Of a stretch of DNA of 62,186 bases, positions 38,714-48,705 are shown in pieces. Made by a program: the position numbers and the translations under genes. The notes under the pieces are model-generated. The model was not told the origin of the DNA. It worked only from the letters and a program-made list of their open reading frames with translations, and ran no database searches. The stretch is taken from contig DATKNZ010000504.1 in NCBI GenBank assembly GCA_035541055.1, positions 1 to 62,186 on the forward strand, given 5' to 3'. This DNA is from Candidatus Acidiferrum sp. GTDB lineage: Bacteria > Verrucomicrobiota > Verrucomicrobiia > Limisphaerales > UBA8199. The number at the start of each line of letters is the position of its first letter. Within the stretch, counting starts at the first letter, position 1.

Positions 38714-39568
38714 TCAACCCTCCAACCCATGATCCCGCCGATCTTCTCCCTGTAACTCACCGAGGTGTTGCTTGAACGCCTCTTCATCCTTCTTCACCTT
38801 AATCCACAGGTTTTCCGCAGCGTGTTGCGAGATCTCCGGCTCCTTGAAGTGGCTAACCAATAAGTCCGTCTGGCGTTTCGCATCCCCTTCGGTGCGCTCG
38901 AAGAGCCACTGGAACCCACAGCAATACACGGGGTCAAAGCGCATTGGCTCGCAGCGCTCTCTCTCCTTGAGAATGGAAACCCCCGTGGCAAACCATACTC
39001 GTCTCAACACATGCTGCATCGGCCCAAGCACGAAATCGACGTCAATTAGGCCCGCCGCGCCGAGCCAACCCACGCGGTCAAAGAAAGACATCAGTTGCCG
39101 AATCTGACCGTTATCGTCGATGCCCTTGAGGCTCCCGTTCTGCAAGCCCGGGTAGCGCTTCCGTAGAAAATCCTCGTAAAAGTAACGCCGCAGCCTGGCC
39201 ATCTCGTCGCCCCACCATTCCTTGAAAATGGCGTCGGTGGCGTCCTTCAAATTCTTGCGTTTTTCCTCTTCCGCCTCTGTGTGAGCGTGTGCCAGGTGAA
39301 AGACGGCAATGATTCCTTCGATGGCGATAACAAACACGAGCAGTAACTCCCCGATGGCGGTATAGTCTGGCGCGGGCTGGCTGGGCTTGGGGTGCATGGC
39401 CCCTACTAAGAAGTAAATCGAAGCCGCTGCCGGTAGCAGCAGTAACAGAAACGCAATACAAACAACCGATACGAATTTGCCTTTTGCGCGCCTGCAGGTA
39501 CTTAGCGCTGCGCGGGTGAGGAGCGCTGCGCGGCTGAGGGAGACTTGGTTTTGGGGCTGACAAACCAT
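38714..39568 (-). CDS. Membrane protein, DUF4760-like
   Basis: Two TMs, then MSFFDRVGWLGAAGLIDVDF; start uncertain. Confidence 0.55.
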   Translation of the reverse strand: MVCQPQNQVSLSRAALLTRAALSTCRRAKGKFVSVVCIAFLLLLLPAAASIYFLVGAMHPKPSQPAPDYTAIGELLLVFVIAIEGIIAVFHLAHAHTEAEEEKRKNLKDATDAIFKEWWGDEMARLRRYFYEDFLRKRYPGLQNGSLKGIDDNGQIRQLMSFFDRVGWLGAAGLIDVDFVLGPMQHVLRRVWFATGVSILKERERCEPMRFDPVYCCGFQWLFERTEGDAKRQTDLLVSHFKEPEISQHAAENLWIKVKKDEEAFKQHLGELQGEDRRDHGLEG

Positions 39569-39901
39569 GGCGCGACCTTATCAAGGGGGCGCCGCGGGCG
39601 TCAACCTGTAAACCGCCCAGGCAGCAGCCCGCCAAGCGCCGCCGCCACACTCAACCCTCAACCCTCAAGCCGGTGTGCAGACGTCTGCACCGATCCGATT
39701 TGTCTGATTCGTCCGATTTCTGTATGAGCAAACACAAAGCCCCCCAATTCGAACTCCCTCACGCCGAGCAAGTCTTCAACCTCCAATCCGAAACCACGGT
39801 GGCCGGCACTCGCCTCCAACTTGAGCAGCGCGACCTCCCGGCGGGGGTCGCGGGAACCGACGCCCGGCAATCGCTACTGCCGCTTCCCGCCACCAACCGC
39901 T

Positions 39902-42900
39902 TTACAACTCAAACGCGCCTTTGAAGACCGTCACCGGCTGGTCCATCCAGAATCGTTTGTAGTTGCCCTCGGGGCAGACATTGCGGTCTTTGGTGTAGAG
40001 GAAGAGCCTGACGGTGACTTTGACTCCCTCGTGGTCGAACCGCAGGATTTTTCCTGTGGCGTCCTCGAAGAGGCGGCGGTAGCCGTCGATCTTGCGCTCC
40101 CAGTCGACTTGCTCCATGCCCTTCGGGTCCAGGAACAGGATGGTGTAGGTGTCACCTTTCTGGCCCCAGAAAATGAAGTCGGGGATGAACCGAGCGATGC
40201 GGTTTTGTTTCGGGTCGTAGTAGGGGATGAATGGCGTGTCGAGATACTGGTCGAGCTTGCTGAACGTCCACCAGTCCAGTCCGCGGAGCACACATTCGGG
40301 TTTCCTGGTGTAGTCGCGGAGGGCGTTGAGGAAGCGCACCTCGCTGTCGGTGTCGATGATGTGGCGGATGTAATCGAGGCGCTTGCCTTTGGAATAGACG
40401 GCGGGCAGATAGTAGTGGTTGGCGAGGTACTCGAGGTTGAGTTCGTCGTTGTAGGTCTGGCGCCCGGTGAGCCCGCGATCTTCCATGAGGCGGGCGGCTT
40501 CCGTGAAGTCAAACTCCCCCTGGTTGTAACGGTCCTCGATGGCTTCTCGCTCCTTGATGCCCTCTGGTGTCTGGGAGAAAAGCACCCGGTCAACACGGCG
40601 CTGGATTTCCTCCGCGTGGGGTTTATCCACGGACATGCGCTGGAAGTGGACGATGTCCTTGCCCTGCTCGAGCGCGCGGATTCGGTCAAGCTCTTTGGCC
40701 CGGAGCCCGAAGTAGTCCATGACCCTGCCGACCATGACATCGAGGTTGCGATAGCTGCGGGCGCTGTGTTTGGCGTAGTAGGTGTCGGATTGAATGAGGC
40801 TGTCGCGGAAGTGCTGAACCTTGCGGGGCAGCGAGCCGTGCGCAAGGAGTAGGACTCGGTCGTCCACAACGGCGTTGCCGTAGCAGTCCAAAAGAGAGAA
40901 GTCGTCTTCCCCGATCTCAAATTTGGAGGGCGCCCGCTCTTCGATCAGGGGGAGGCCGTGGTCCCGATACTGCGGAACCAGAAGCAGCCGCCTGGTGGCG
41001 TCGGGGTTGAGGTCCAGTTTCAGGAAATCCTGAATGGCGGGCTTCTCCTTCTTCAACTCCTCAAGGACTACCTGGAGGGCCTCGCGGTTCGTGCCTAAAA
41101 CGTACAGGGTTTCGGGAGCGACGGCCAGGGGACGGAGCCTACGGAAAAGGTTCTTGTCGTCGAATGCGTCAATAAGTTCTTCAAAGCGCCGCCGCTCGCG
41201 GTTCCATGATTGCACGCGGACCCCGCGGCCAACGGATTGAAGGATGAATTTCTTGGCGTCCTCGCCGGTGCCGATGTTGACAAAATTGATGACGTTGGGG
41301 CGGTTGGAGTCCCAGCCTTCGTAAAAGGTGCGGGAGCCCATCAGGATGTTGATGGAAGATTCCGGGTTGTTCAGGGCGGTGAAGAAGCTCTCGCTTTCAA
41401 GGGTTTCCTGGTAATCGAAGCCGGTCAACTGACTGCGGAGCCAGTCGGTAATGTCGCCAATCTTGATGAGGGCGAACGGCCGGGGAGAGGTCTTCATCTT
41501 GAAGGCGATTTCCTGGTGGTTGCCGGGCCGGACCAGGACTTCGATGTCGCCGCCGCCTTCAGACTCGAAATTGTACACCTCGCGCCACACGTCGCGCACG
41601 GAAAGGGCGTCAATGTCCGCTTTGGCGATGGCGACTTTGCGGTTGATCTCGTAGAGGAAGGGCGGTTCGTCTTTCAGTTCCTCCCAAAGCTCGGCCTTGG
41701 CTTCATTCCAGATTTTGAGCGGCACCTCTCCGCGGCCGATGGCGAGGACCTGCTGGAAGTAGAGCTTCAGGTCCGCGTCCTCCGTGTTCACGGAATTGAC
41801 CAGGGTCAGCAACATGGGGTGGTGGTAGAGGTCGGGCACCGCGGCGGCAGTCCGCAATTCCCGCACCTTCCGCGCGGTGTAGGCGAGGAGCAACATGCTT
41901 TTGGCGACAACCTTGCGTTTCTCGTCGTCTGAGTAGTCGCCGGTGCCGCCCCGTTTTTTGAATGCCGCCAACTCCTGTCGCAGGACGGCGATGTGCTTGC
42001 CGTAGCCGCGCTCGATGAACTCGGAGAGGTTGAAATTGTGGACCGTGGTCGCCAGGTCGAGGGTATCGGTGAAGGTGGCGGAGAAATTGAAGAGGAAACC
42101 AGCTCGGCTGAGAATGGTGTAGATGTGCTTGCGCTTGGAGTCCTCGGCCACGCCCTTGTGGGCCTCGTCCAGCAGTACATACCACCGCCCTTCGTTGTCG
42201 TAGTTGCGGAAATCCACGATGCGCTCCTTGTGCTCATCACTGACATTGTCAGAGCGGTAATAGAAGACGCGGAGCGTGGTGTCCCTGCCCAGCAGGCCGC
42301 CGGGCGTTTCGCGTTTGGCCTCGGGATACTCGCGCAGCTCGCGCAACTCGATATGTGCCGGTGCGTCCGGGGCGTGGTTGTATTCGGCAATGGTCCTTTG
42401 GAACTGCTCGATCAGGTCCTCTCGGTGGGTGAGCATCAAGACGTCGCAGACGGGAATCTCGGCGCGCCGCATGAGCAGGTGAAGGATTTCGAGGAGCTTG
42501 ACCAGGACGATGGTCTTGCCGCTGCCCGTCGCCATCCAGAAGCCCATGCGGTTGCAGAGGTCGGCGAAGTCAATGACCGGCGCATCTTCATCCAGTGGAA
42601 AGTACTCGGTAACAAGCGAGCGGAGAGCGAGTTTGGTCCGGGCCAGGGACAGATCCAGGGATTGGCGCTCCCGGGGGGAGAGGAGCATGCCGTCCTGGTA
42701 CCACTCGACCATTTTCGCCTTGCGGACCTTGTCCGCGCCGGCGTCCTGGCCGGTGGCGAAGTCATCGAACTCCTCGTAGTATTTGAAGAGGACGGCCAGG
42801 GCGAGTTTGAGGGCCTGCTGCTGATAATCCCAGAGGTCCTTGGCCGGGGAGAAGCGGGCAAGGTCGAACGTGTTCCAGTTGGCTGGAAGCGTCTCGTAAA

Positions 42901-42940
42901 CGACCCTGGTGGCCAAGTGTTCGAGTGATTTCAGCGGCAT
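39902..42940 (-). CDS. res: Type III restriction endonuclease Res subunit
   Basis: MATGSGKT, LDEAHK, FSATF, EGWD, QSVGRGVR, C-terminal FIPDF..LDPKG nuclease. Confidence 0.92.
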   Translation of the reverse strand: MPLKSLEHLATRVVYETLPANWNTFDLARFSPAKDLWDYQQQALKLALAVLFKYYEEFDDFATGQDAGADKVRKAKMVEWYQDGMLLSPRERQSLDLSLARTKLALRSLVTEYFPLDEDAPVIDFADLCNRMGFWMATGSGKTIVLVKLLEILHLLMRRAEIPVCDVLMLTHREDLIEQFQRTIAEYNHAPDAPAHIELRELREYPEAKRETPGGLLGRDTTLRVFYYRSDNVSDEHKERIVDFRNYDNEGRWYVLLDEAHKGVAEDSKRKHIYTILSRAGFLFNFSATFTDTLDLATTVHNFNLSEFIERGYGKHIAVLRQELAAFKKRGGTGDYSDDEKRKVVAKSMLLLAYTARKVRELRTAAAVPDLYHHPMLLTLVNSVNTEDADLKLYFQQVLAIGRGEVPLKIWNEAKAELWEELKDEPPFLYEINRKVAIAKADIDALSVRDVWREVYNFESEGGGDIEVLVRPGNHQEIAFKMKTSPRPFALIKIGDITDWLRSQLTGFDYQETLESESFFTALNNPESSINILMGSRTFYEGWDSNRPNVINFVNIGTGEDAKKFILQSVGRGVRVQSWNRERRRFEELIDAFDDKNLFRRLRPLAVAPETLYVLGTNREALQVVLEELKKEKPAIQDFLKLDLNPDATRRLLLVPQYRDHGLPLIEERAPSKFEIGEDDFSLLDCYGNAVVDDRVLLLAHGSLPRKVQHFRDSLIQSDTYYAKHSARSYRNLDVMVGRVMDYFGLRAKELDRIRALEQGKDIVHFQRMSVDKPHAEEIQRRVDRVLFSQTPEGIKEREAIEDRYNQGEFDFTEAARLMEDRGLTGRQTYNDELNLEYLANHYYLPAVYSKGKRLDYIRHIIDTDSEVRFLNALRDYTRKPECVLRGLDWWTFSKLDQYLDTPFIPYYDPKQNRIARFIPDFIFWGQKGDTYTILFLDPKGMEQVDWERKIDGYRRLFEDATGKILRFDHEGVKVTVRLFLYTKDRNVCPEGNYKRFWMDQPVTVFKGAFEL

Positions 42941-42947
42941 AACGGCG

Positions 42948-45626
42948 TCACACTATAGGGCCCCAGAAAATGAGCGGCTTGATCAGACGCCAGTCCGGCC
43001 TCTTCAGGCTCTGCTTGCTACCATCGGCAAACTCGACTTCGTCTTCGGTGATGCGTTTGATCCATTTGCCGGTGACGCAGGACAGTGTTTCCGCCAGGTC
43101 AATGTCTGGATAAAGGCGGTCGAGGTGGATGTTGACTTCGTCCTTTTTGTAATCGAGTTCGATGGCCTTGGCCATCTTCAGGTCACGGAAGAAAACGTAC
43201 TGGCTGTAGGGGTCGGTTTTCGTGTTGCGGAATAGGTCTTCGTCTTCGGCATAGCAGGCGCTCGCCAGTGTCTCGGGATACTGCTCTAAGCGGTAGCACT
43301 TCAGGAAATGGCTGCACCCTTTGCCACCAGCTGCCTTCCCGGACTTCCACTTCTCGCAGAACATAACCTTTTTCACTCGGGGTACAATGACAGAGTCAAA
43401 GTACGCAGCCATTTCCACGAGAAGGTACCGTCTTCGGATAGCATCATTGCGGTTCAGGTTCAAAACTGCATGGGCCGTTGTTCCTGAGCCTCCGAAAAAG
43501 TCCACGCAAAGGCCACCATCGAGGAGCCCACTGACTTTTAGGCAATCCTCAACGAGGTGTACTGATTTTGGTGACGTGAACAAATTGGACTCTCCCAGAA
43601 TCTCCGTGAGCAGGTTGGTTCCATAATCTGTCGCGGAGTACTCCTTCTTGTCCCACCATGTAAGGGGTAGCATGCCTTCACGGTTCATCCTGGATTTCAT
43701 GTAAATCCCCATGTTTCCCGTCCGGTCTGGGCGCGCCTCGAAATCCGACAGCTGCTTGATTAGGCTCTTGTGTCCCCACTTCCACCGTTTCTCGTGTCCA
43801 TCCTCGTTGATGGGGAAAACCACGACTTCCGCAGGGGTTGGCTCCTCGAGAATCTTCCATTCCTCTATTGATTGGATCCACTCCATTTTGGGCACGCGGA
43901 TTTCGCGCTCAGGCGAGACATAAATCGGGTAATAGAGCCTACGGCGTGCCTTCCTGTTTGCGGCGGCCCCTCCATGCTTGCGGAAGTTCACCCATTCAAA
44001 TGCGCTTTCCGCGTCTGATTCTTTGTACCGGGCTATTTGTTTTTCGGTCCTCGCGAGCCGGCCAATAGCTGCGGCCTCTGAACTTCCCGCGAAGACCGCG
44101 TAATCATGGGCAATGGAGAACCCCTTAACTGTGGAACGCCCCGAAGGATTGCTTCGGACAGCGACGGTTCCCAACATTGCTTCGCCGCCTCCGAAGATTT
44201 CTGCCATTAGCTCGCGGAGGCGGTGGTACTCTGAGTCATCTATCGCAACGCAGGCCACCCCCCAGCCGGCAAGGAGATCGCGAGCGAGCCGAAGCCTGTT
44301 TTCGATGAGCGTGAGCCACGAGGAGTGCTTGTACTGATTAATGTAGTCAATTTCCGAGCCCTTCGTATTGTAGGGCGGGTCGATATAAATCGCCTGAGCT
44401 CTCTCGCAGAACTTCCGCGAGATTGTCATGAGTGCTTGGTAGTTCTCGCTGTTGATCAGACGGCCATCTAATTCTTCATCAAGATTGTCAAAAAGTCCAA
44501 GCAGCCGCAGTTCCAGCGACCTGAAATGACGGGTGTCGAGTGGGAGACATGTCCAGGCGCTGGCGACCTTTCGTTCCTTGCCGCGCCCGGCCATGATGTC
44601 CTTGGGATCGAAGTCGGCCTTGACGATGCCAAGGTCGCGCCATTCTTTGACCTGATCTTTGATGCCCTGGTGTTTGAGAATGTCGGCGATCAGTTTGAGG
44701 CCGGCGGGCTTGGCCGCGAGGCGCTCCAGGGTGATGACGTAGAAGGAGCCGCGGACAAATTTTGGTTTGTTCCAGATGCGGACCAGCTCGTTCTCGAACT
44801 GGCCGATGAAATCGACGAGCTTGAAGGCGATTTCCTTCAGGACCTGAAGCTGGTGAATGCGGGGGGCCGACCAAGTGGTGGTGTCCTTGAACACGTACTG
44901 GTACATCCAGAGATCAAACTGCTGGCGGAGGAAAGCCCCGGCATCCTTGTTAATGAAGTAGTCCACCTCGCTCTGGCGGGCGAAAACCTTGAGGGCCTTG
45001 TCGAGGATGGGCTCCTTTAGCGGCTGGTCGGCCTTTTTCAGGGCCTTGAGGATGTCGTCAATCTTGGTGATTCGGCCGCGTTCGGAATAGGTGACCAGGA
45101 GTCGGATGGCGCCGTTAGGCTCGACCTTGTCGAGGGTGAAAACGAGTTCGCGCTTTTCGTTGGCCTTCTTGTGTTCGAGGCCGGCGCAATCGAAAAAGAA
45201 GGTGTGGCCGTCCACGTCAACCTTGAGATCGCGGAAGAGGCGGTCGGTTTTGACGTAGTAGAGCATGTGGGTTTTCCAGAAGAGGACAACGTCCTGCTCG
45301 TCGGTATAGACCTTTTCGTACACGCTCATGTGCTGGGGCGTATAGGCGAAGCAAATGGAGCCGGAACGGCTGAAGTAGCGGCTGAAGAAGGAGTAGAGCT
45401 TGTCGAACAGCTCCTCGCGGAACTCGGGAAAATCCTTCAGGGCGTTGGCGATGTCCTGCATGAGCGCCGGCTCGACCACTTTCTGGAAATAGGCGGCCTT
45501 GATGCGCATGAGATTGATGAAGCCGGATTGGCCGTCCACCTTGACCCCGATAAAGATGTCGCGCATGGCATCGAGGAAGCGGCGCTCCTTGGGGCCGGGT
45601 TTGACGGTAGCGGATGTGGCGGTCAT
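42948..45626 (-). CDS. mod: Type III R-M DNA methyltransferase Mod (long N-terminal extension)
   Basis: IYIDPPYN and DFFGGSGTT; adjacent to res. Confidence 0.92.
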   Translation of the reverse strand: MTATSATVKPGPKERRFLDAMRDIFIGVKVDGQSGFINLMRIKAAYFQKVVEPALMQDIANALKDFPEFREELFDKLYSFFSRYFSRSGSICFAYTPQHMSVYEKVYTDEQDVVLFWKTHMLYYVKTDRLFRDLKVDVDGHTFFFDCAGLEHKKANEKRELVFTLDKVEPNGAIRLLVTYSERGRITKIDDILKALKKADQPLKEPILDKALKVFARQSEVDYFINKDAGAFLRQQFDLWMYQYVFKDTTTWSAPRIHQLQVLKEIAFKLVDFIGQFENELVRIWNKPKFVRGSFYVITLERLAAKPAGLKLIADILKHQGIKDQVKEWRDLGIVKADFDPKDIMAGRGKERKVASAWTCLPLDTRHFRSLELRLLGLFDNLDEELDGRLINSENYQALMTISRKFCERAQAIYIDPPYNTKGSEIDYINQYKHSSWLTLIENRLRLARDLLAGWGVACVAIDDSEYHRLRELMAEIFGGGEAMLGTVAVRSNPSGRSTVKGFSIAHDYAVFAGSSEAAAIGRLARTEKQIARYKESDAESAFEWVNFRKHGGAAANRKARRRLYYPIYVSPEREIRVPKMEWIQSIEEWKILEEPTPAEVVVFPINEDGHEKRWKWGHKSLIKQLSDFEARPDRTGNMGIYMKSRMNREGMLPLTWWDKKEYSATDYGTNLLTEILGESNLFTSPKSVHLVEDCLKVSGLLDGGLCVDFFGGSGTTAHAVLNLNRNDAIRRRYLLVEMAAYFDSVIVPRVKKVMFCEKWKSGKAAGGKGCSHFLKCYRLEQYPETLASACYAEDEDLFRNTKTDPYSQYVFFRDLKMAKAIELDYKKDEVNIHLDRLYPDIDLAETLSCVTGKWIKRITEDEVEFADGSKQSLKRPDWRLIKPLIFWGPIV

Positions 45627-45874
45627 TTCTTTGGTTCGCGGGGGGCTTTATACGGGGTGGGTTCCTCGGCGGCAAACATGGTTTGTTCTGATTGGCGGGC
45701 ACTGCGGGGCATGCCTGGCAGGCGCGGTTGGCCCCGCTCGTCCATGTATTCCTGGGCATGCTTGATGAACCAGTCCTTGAGCGACAGCCCCTCCGCCGCC
45801 AGTGCGGAGTGAAGATCGCGCTTAAGGCCTGGATCCACTTCGATAACGATTCTGCCAGATGGACCTCGTGCCAT
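45623..45874 (-). CDS. Ribbon-helix-helix regulator heading the R-M operon
   Basis: RIVIEVDPGLKRDLHSALAAEGLSLKDWF; ATGA overlap with mod. Confidence 0.7.
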   Translation of the reverse strand: MARGPSGRIVIEVDPGLKRDLHSALAAEGLSLKDWFIKHAQEYMDERGQPRLPGMPRSARQSEQTMFAAEEPTPYKAPREPKK

Positions 45875-45929
45875 ACGGTGGTGTTATGTCACATAAGGCA
45901 CATGACATGCAAGCCTTTCTTTTAACCAA

Positions 45930-46703
45930 ATGCAAACACGACACGACCCCCTGAGTACCGTCGCCACCGCGACGGCCGAACCCACCACCAAACCCCTGCA
46001 GACGTCTGTAGGCCCGACCGGCTCGGTCCCCGCAGCGCCTCGCAAGGGCCTAAAAAAGGTCTCCCTTGGCGGCATCGCCAAGAAGGAGAGTGACACCAGC
46101 AACAAATACCCCGTGTTCCCCGACGAGACTGGGGCCGCAGGCGAGCTGGCCGCCCGCATCGCCGAACGCCAGGAGCAGTTCGACGCCCTCAAGTCAAATT
46201 TGGAAACAGACAAGGCCGAACTCGCCCGCGTCCACATCCGCCCCTGGTATCTGCGCCATTTCCATCGCAAGACCGACGTCCCCAGCTCGGTCCTCGTCAA
46301 CTGGGCCTCTCAACCCTCAACCCCCAACGCTCAACCCTCCCGCGGCACCGTCCGCGTCACCGTGAAGGAGCAATACTACAGCTTCCCCAGCGAAGACGCC
46401 TTCCTGCCGGTTCTCGGCGAGGACTTGGTTGCCAGGTACTTCCGCCAGGCGTTCGAGCTCAAGATCAAAGGCGATAAGCTCCCGAGCGACAAAGCCGGCG
46501 AGTTGGTCGAGAGGGTGCAGGCCCTGTTCGCCGAATACGGCTGCACCGACGCCCTCGAAGCCAAGGAATGCGTCGTCCCGGTGGACAACTTCAAGGCCCT
46601 CCGGTTTGCCGAGATGGACCTGGAGCATTCGCTCGCCTTGGAAACCGTGGGCGACAAGGGCCTCACCGAATGCTCCGTCAGCACCAAGGGCGTCCGCAAA
46701 TAG
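45930..46703 (+). CDS. Phage hypothetical protein
   Basis: 257-aa ORF with in-frame palindrome and TCAACCC inserts. Confidence 0.7.
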   Translation: MQTRHDPLSTVATATAEPTTKPLQTSVGPTGSVPAAPRKGLKKVSLGGIAKKESDTSNKYPVFPDETGAAGELAARIAERQEQFDALKSNLETDKAELARVHIRPWYLRHFHRKTDVPSSVLVNWASQPSTPNAQPSRGTVRVTVKEQYYSFPSEDAFLPVLGEDLVARYFRQAFELKIKGDKLPSDKAGELVERVQALFAEYGCTDALEAKECVVPVDNFKALRFAEMDLEHSLALETVGDKGLTECSVSTKGVRK

Positions 46704-46834
46704 CTGAGCGCGCCTGCTGCCTGGTGCCGGTAGCACGTTCTACCGGCACCAGTTTCCCGGGCGAGAAAGCGTGACGGGTCCCCATCAGGCCAGCACTACC
46801 GTGCTGTGGTGGCGTACCGCCAACTCAAATCCGA

Positions 46835-47263
46835 ATGAACACATCTCCAGATTCCCCACCCGACTGGCAGGCCAAGGAGGCTTGCGAAGCCCGACACCAC
46901 ACCTGCGGGCCGGGCGGGCCATACCCCCTGACCAGGGGCGAGCGCTTGGAATGGGACTACACCCCCGACGACCGCCCCAGCGTTCGCCAAACCAACGAAG
47001 AAATCGAAAGAGAATACACCATGGGCCAAATGAAGAACTACCTCCTGCGCGTCCTCGAGAACTGCTCCGACGAACAGTTCGGCCAGGACGCGGTCGAATG
47101 GGCCATCACCTCCGGCTACATCCACCTCACCTACGATCTGGACACCGACCTGCGCCAGATCATGGGTGAGCCCGGCAAGCCCGAGACCGGCGAATACGAC
47201 GCCATCTGCGAAGCATACCGGCGCACGCTCGCTGACGGCGAGGCGTCGCGTCTTGCTGCCTAG
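46835..47263 (+). CDS. Acidic hypothetical protein
   Basis: 142-aa ORF. Confidence 0.55.
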   Translation: MNTSPDSPPDWQAKEACEARHHTCGPGGPYPLTRGERLEWDYTPDDRPSVRQTNEEIEREYTMGQMKNYLLRVLENCSDEQFGQDAVEWAITSGYIHLTYDLDTDLRQIMGEPGKPETGEYDAICEAYRRTLADGEASRLAA

Positions 47264-47426
47264 ACCTGCACGTGCACGTGCCTGCACGGCCGTCGGGAGG
47301 GCGAGCGTCCCCGCGAGCCCTGTCTGGTCTGCACGCTCCGGCTTCGGCCATCGGCGATTGCCTACTGACCGAGTGCTCGGTCAGCACCAAGGGCACCCGA
47401 AGGTAGGGAAGTGCGTCTCGCCTGCC

Positions 47427-48596
47427 CTACAAAGAGCTAACACGATAAAACCGGGCCGGATAGTTGCTCCAATTCGGATCGCTGAAGTAGTTCGTGCCGT
47501 TGTTGAGAGCGTTGGTGCTCACGGCAGACCAGGAGGAATCCGCAACATTGGCGGTGGCCTCTACGACTATGGAAGTGTTGGTGGCCCAGGATACGAGGAA
47601 ACTAAATCCGCTTGTTTGCACACCAAAGCTGGGCTCGATATAGAGGATAACGGGATATGGGAGAACCCATGGTGCGGTGGGGCGACTTCCGAAAACCGAT
47701 GTCCATCCGACCGTGCCCGGCAAGTAAAACACGGTCGCACTGCTCCCTAGAAATAATGTAGAATTTGTGCTAGGGCTGTTGCCCATGAAATACGCGCTCG
47801 TCAACCGAGTGCAGCCACCGAATGCGGCACCACCTATATAAGTAACGCCGTTTGGGAACGTGATATTGGTCAGGCCGGTGCACGCGTTGAAGGCCTCACC
47901 GCCAATGCTGGTGAGCGCGCCGCTAAGCGAGACGCGGCTGAGGTTCGTGCAACCTTGAAATACATCGTTACCAATGCTGCCAACGCCGTGGGGAATGCTG
48001 ATGCTCGCCAACTGTGAACACAACTGAAACGTGTAATCCGGGAGACTTGTAAGCCCGTTGCCGAGCGTGACGCTGCTTAGGCCGACGCAGGAATAGCATA
48101 AGCCCTTTCCCAGGACACTGACGCTGTCAGGTATGGTGAGGGTCTTCAAAGCGACACAGTTTTCGAAGGCGTCTCCTCCAATGCTCGTAACGCTGCCTGG
48201 GATGCTGATGCTCACCAAGTTGCTGTAACGGAAGGCGTTCACGGCGATGTTTGTGACGCTGTTGGGGATATTGAGGTTTGTGATGCTGCTGTAATTAAAC
48301 GCTCCCGCTCCAATAGCGACGACTGGCATGCCATTCGTTACAGCAGGAACAGCCACGTTCATGGCCGATCCCGTATATCCCGTAATCGTGATCGCGCCGT
48401 TATTGGTCGTGAAGGTGAACTGGGCTTTAGCCGGCAGCGGCAGCATCCATACCACCAGCAGCATTAACAAATGTACGCAAGCCCGGGGTCGAGCCCATCG
48501 CGGGTGTGACCGCAGGTGCACTTCGTGCTCTAAACGAACAGATTGACTACGCTCCATGGCCTGAGCATCCATCGCACGCCTGCGGTCGACTGTCAA
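47427..48596 (-). CDS. BspA-type leucine-rich repeat surface protein (start probably ~48465)
   Basis: IPNSVTSIGxxAFxxCxxL repeats; signal peptide ...LPAKAQ. Confidence 0.9.
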   Translation of the reverse strand: MTVDRRRAMDAQAMERSQSVRLEHEVHLRSHPRWARPRACVHLLMLLVVWMLPLPAKAQFTFTTNNGAITITGYTGSAMNVAVPAVTNGMPVVAIGAGAFNYSSITNLNIPNSVTNIAVNAFRYSNLVSISIPGSVTSIGGDAFENCVALKTLTIPDSVSVLGKGLCYSCVGLSSVTLGNGLTSLPDYTFQLCSQLASISIPHGVGSIGNDVFQGCTNLSRVSLSGALTSIGGEAFNACTGLTNITFPNGVTYIGGAAFGGCTRLTSAYFMGNSPSTNSTLFLGSSATVFYLPGTVGWTSVFGSRPTAPWVLPYPVILYIEPSFGVQTSGFSFLVSWATNTSIVVEATANVADSSWSAVSTNALNNGTNYFSDPNWSNYPARFYRVSSL

Positions 48597-48705
48597 ACGG
48601 GGGTGGCAAAGCCGTGGATCTACACGCCTGGGCTATCGGCGATTGCCTTTCGGCTATCTCGACCCTCAACCCTCAACTCTCAACCCGCCTGTTGGCGCCT
48701 GCCCA

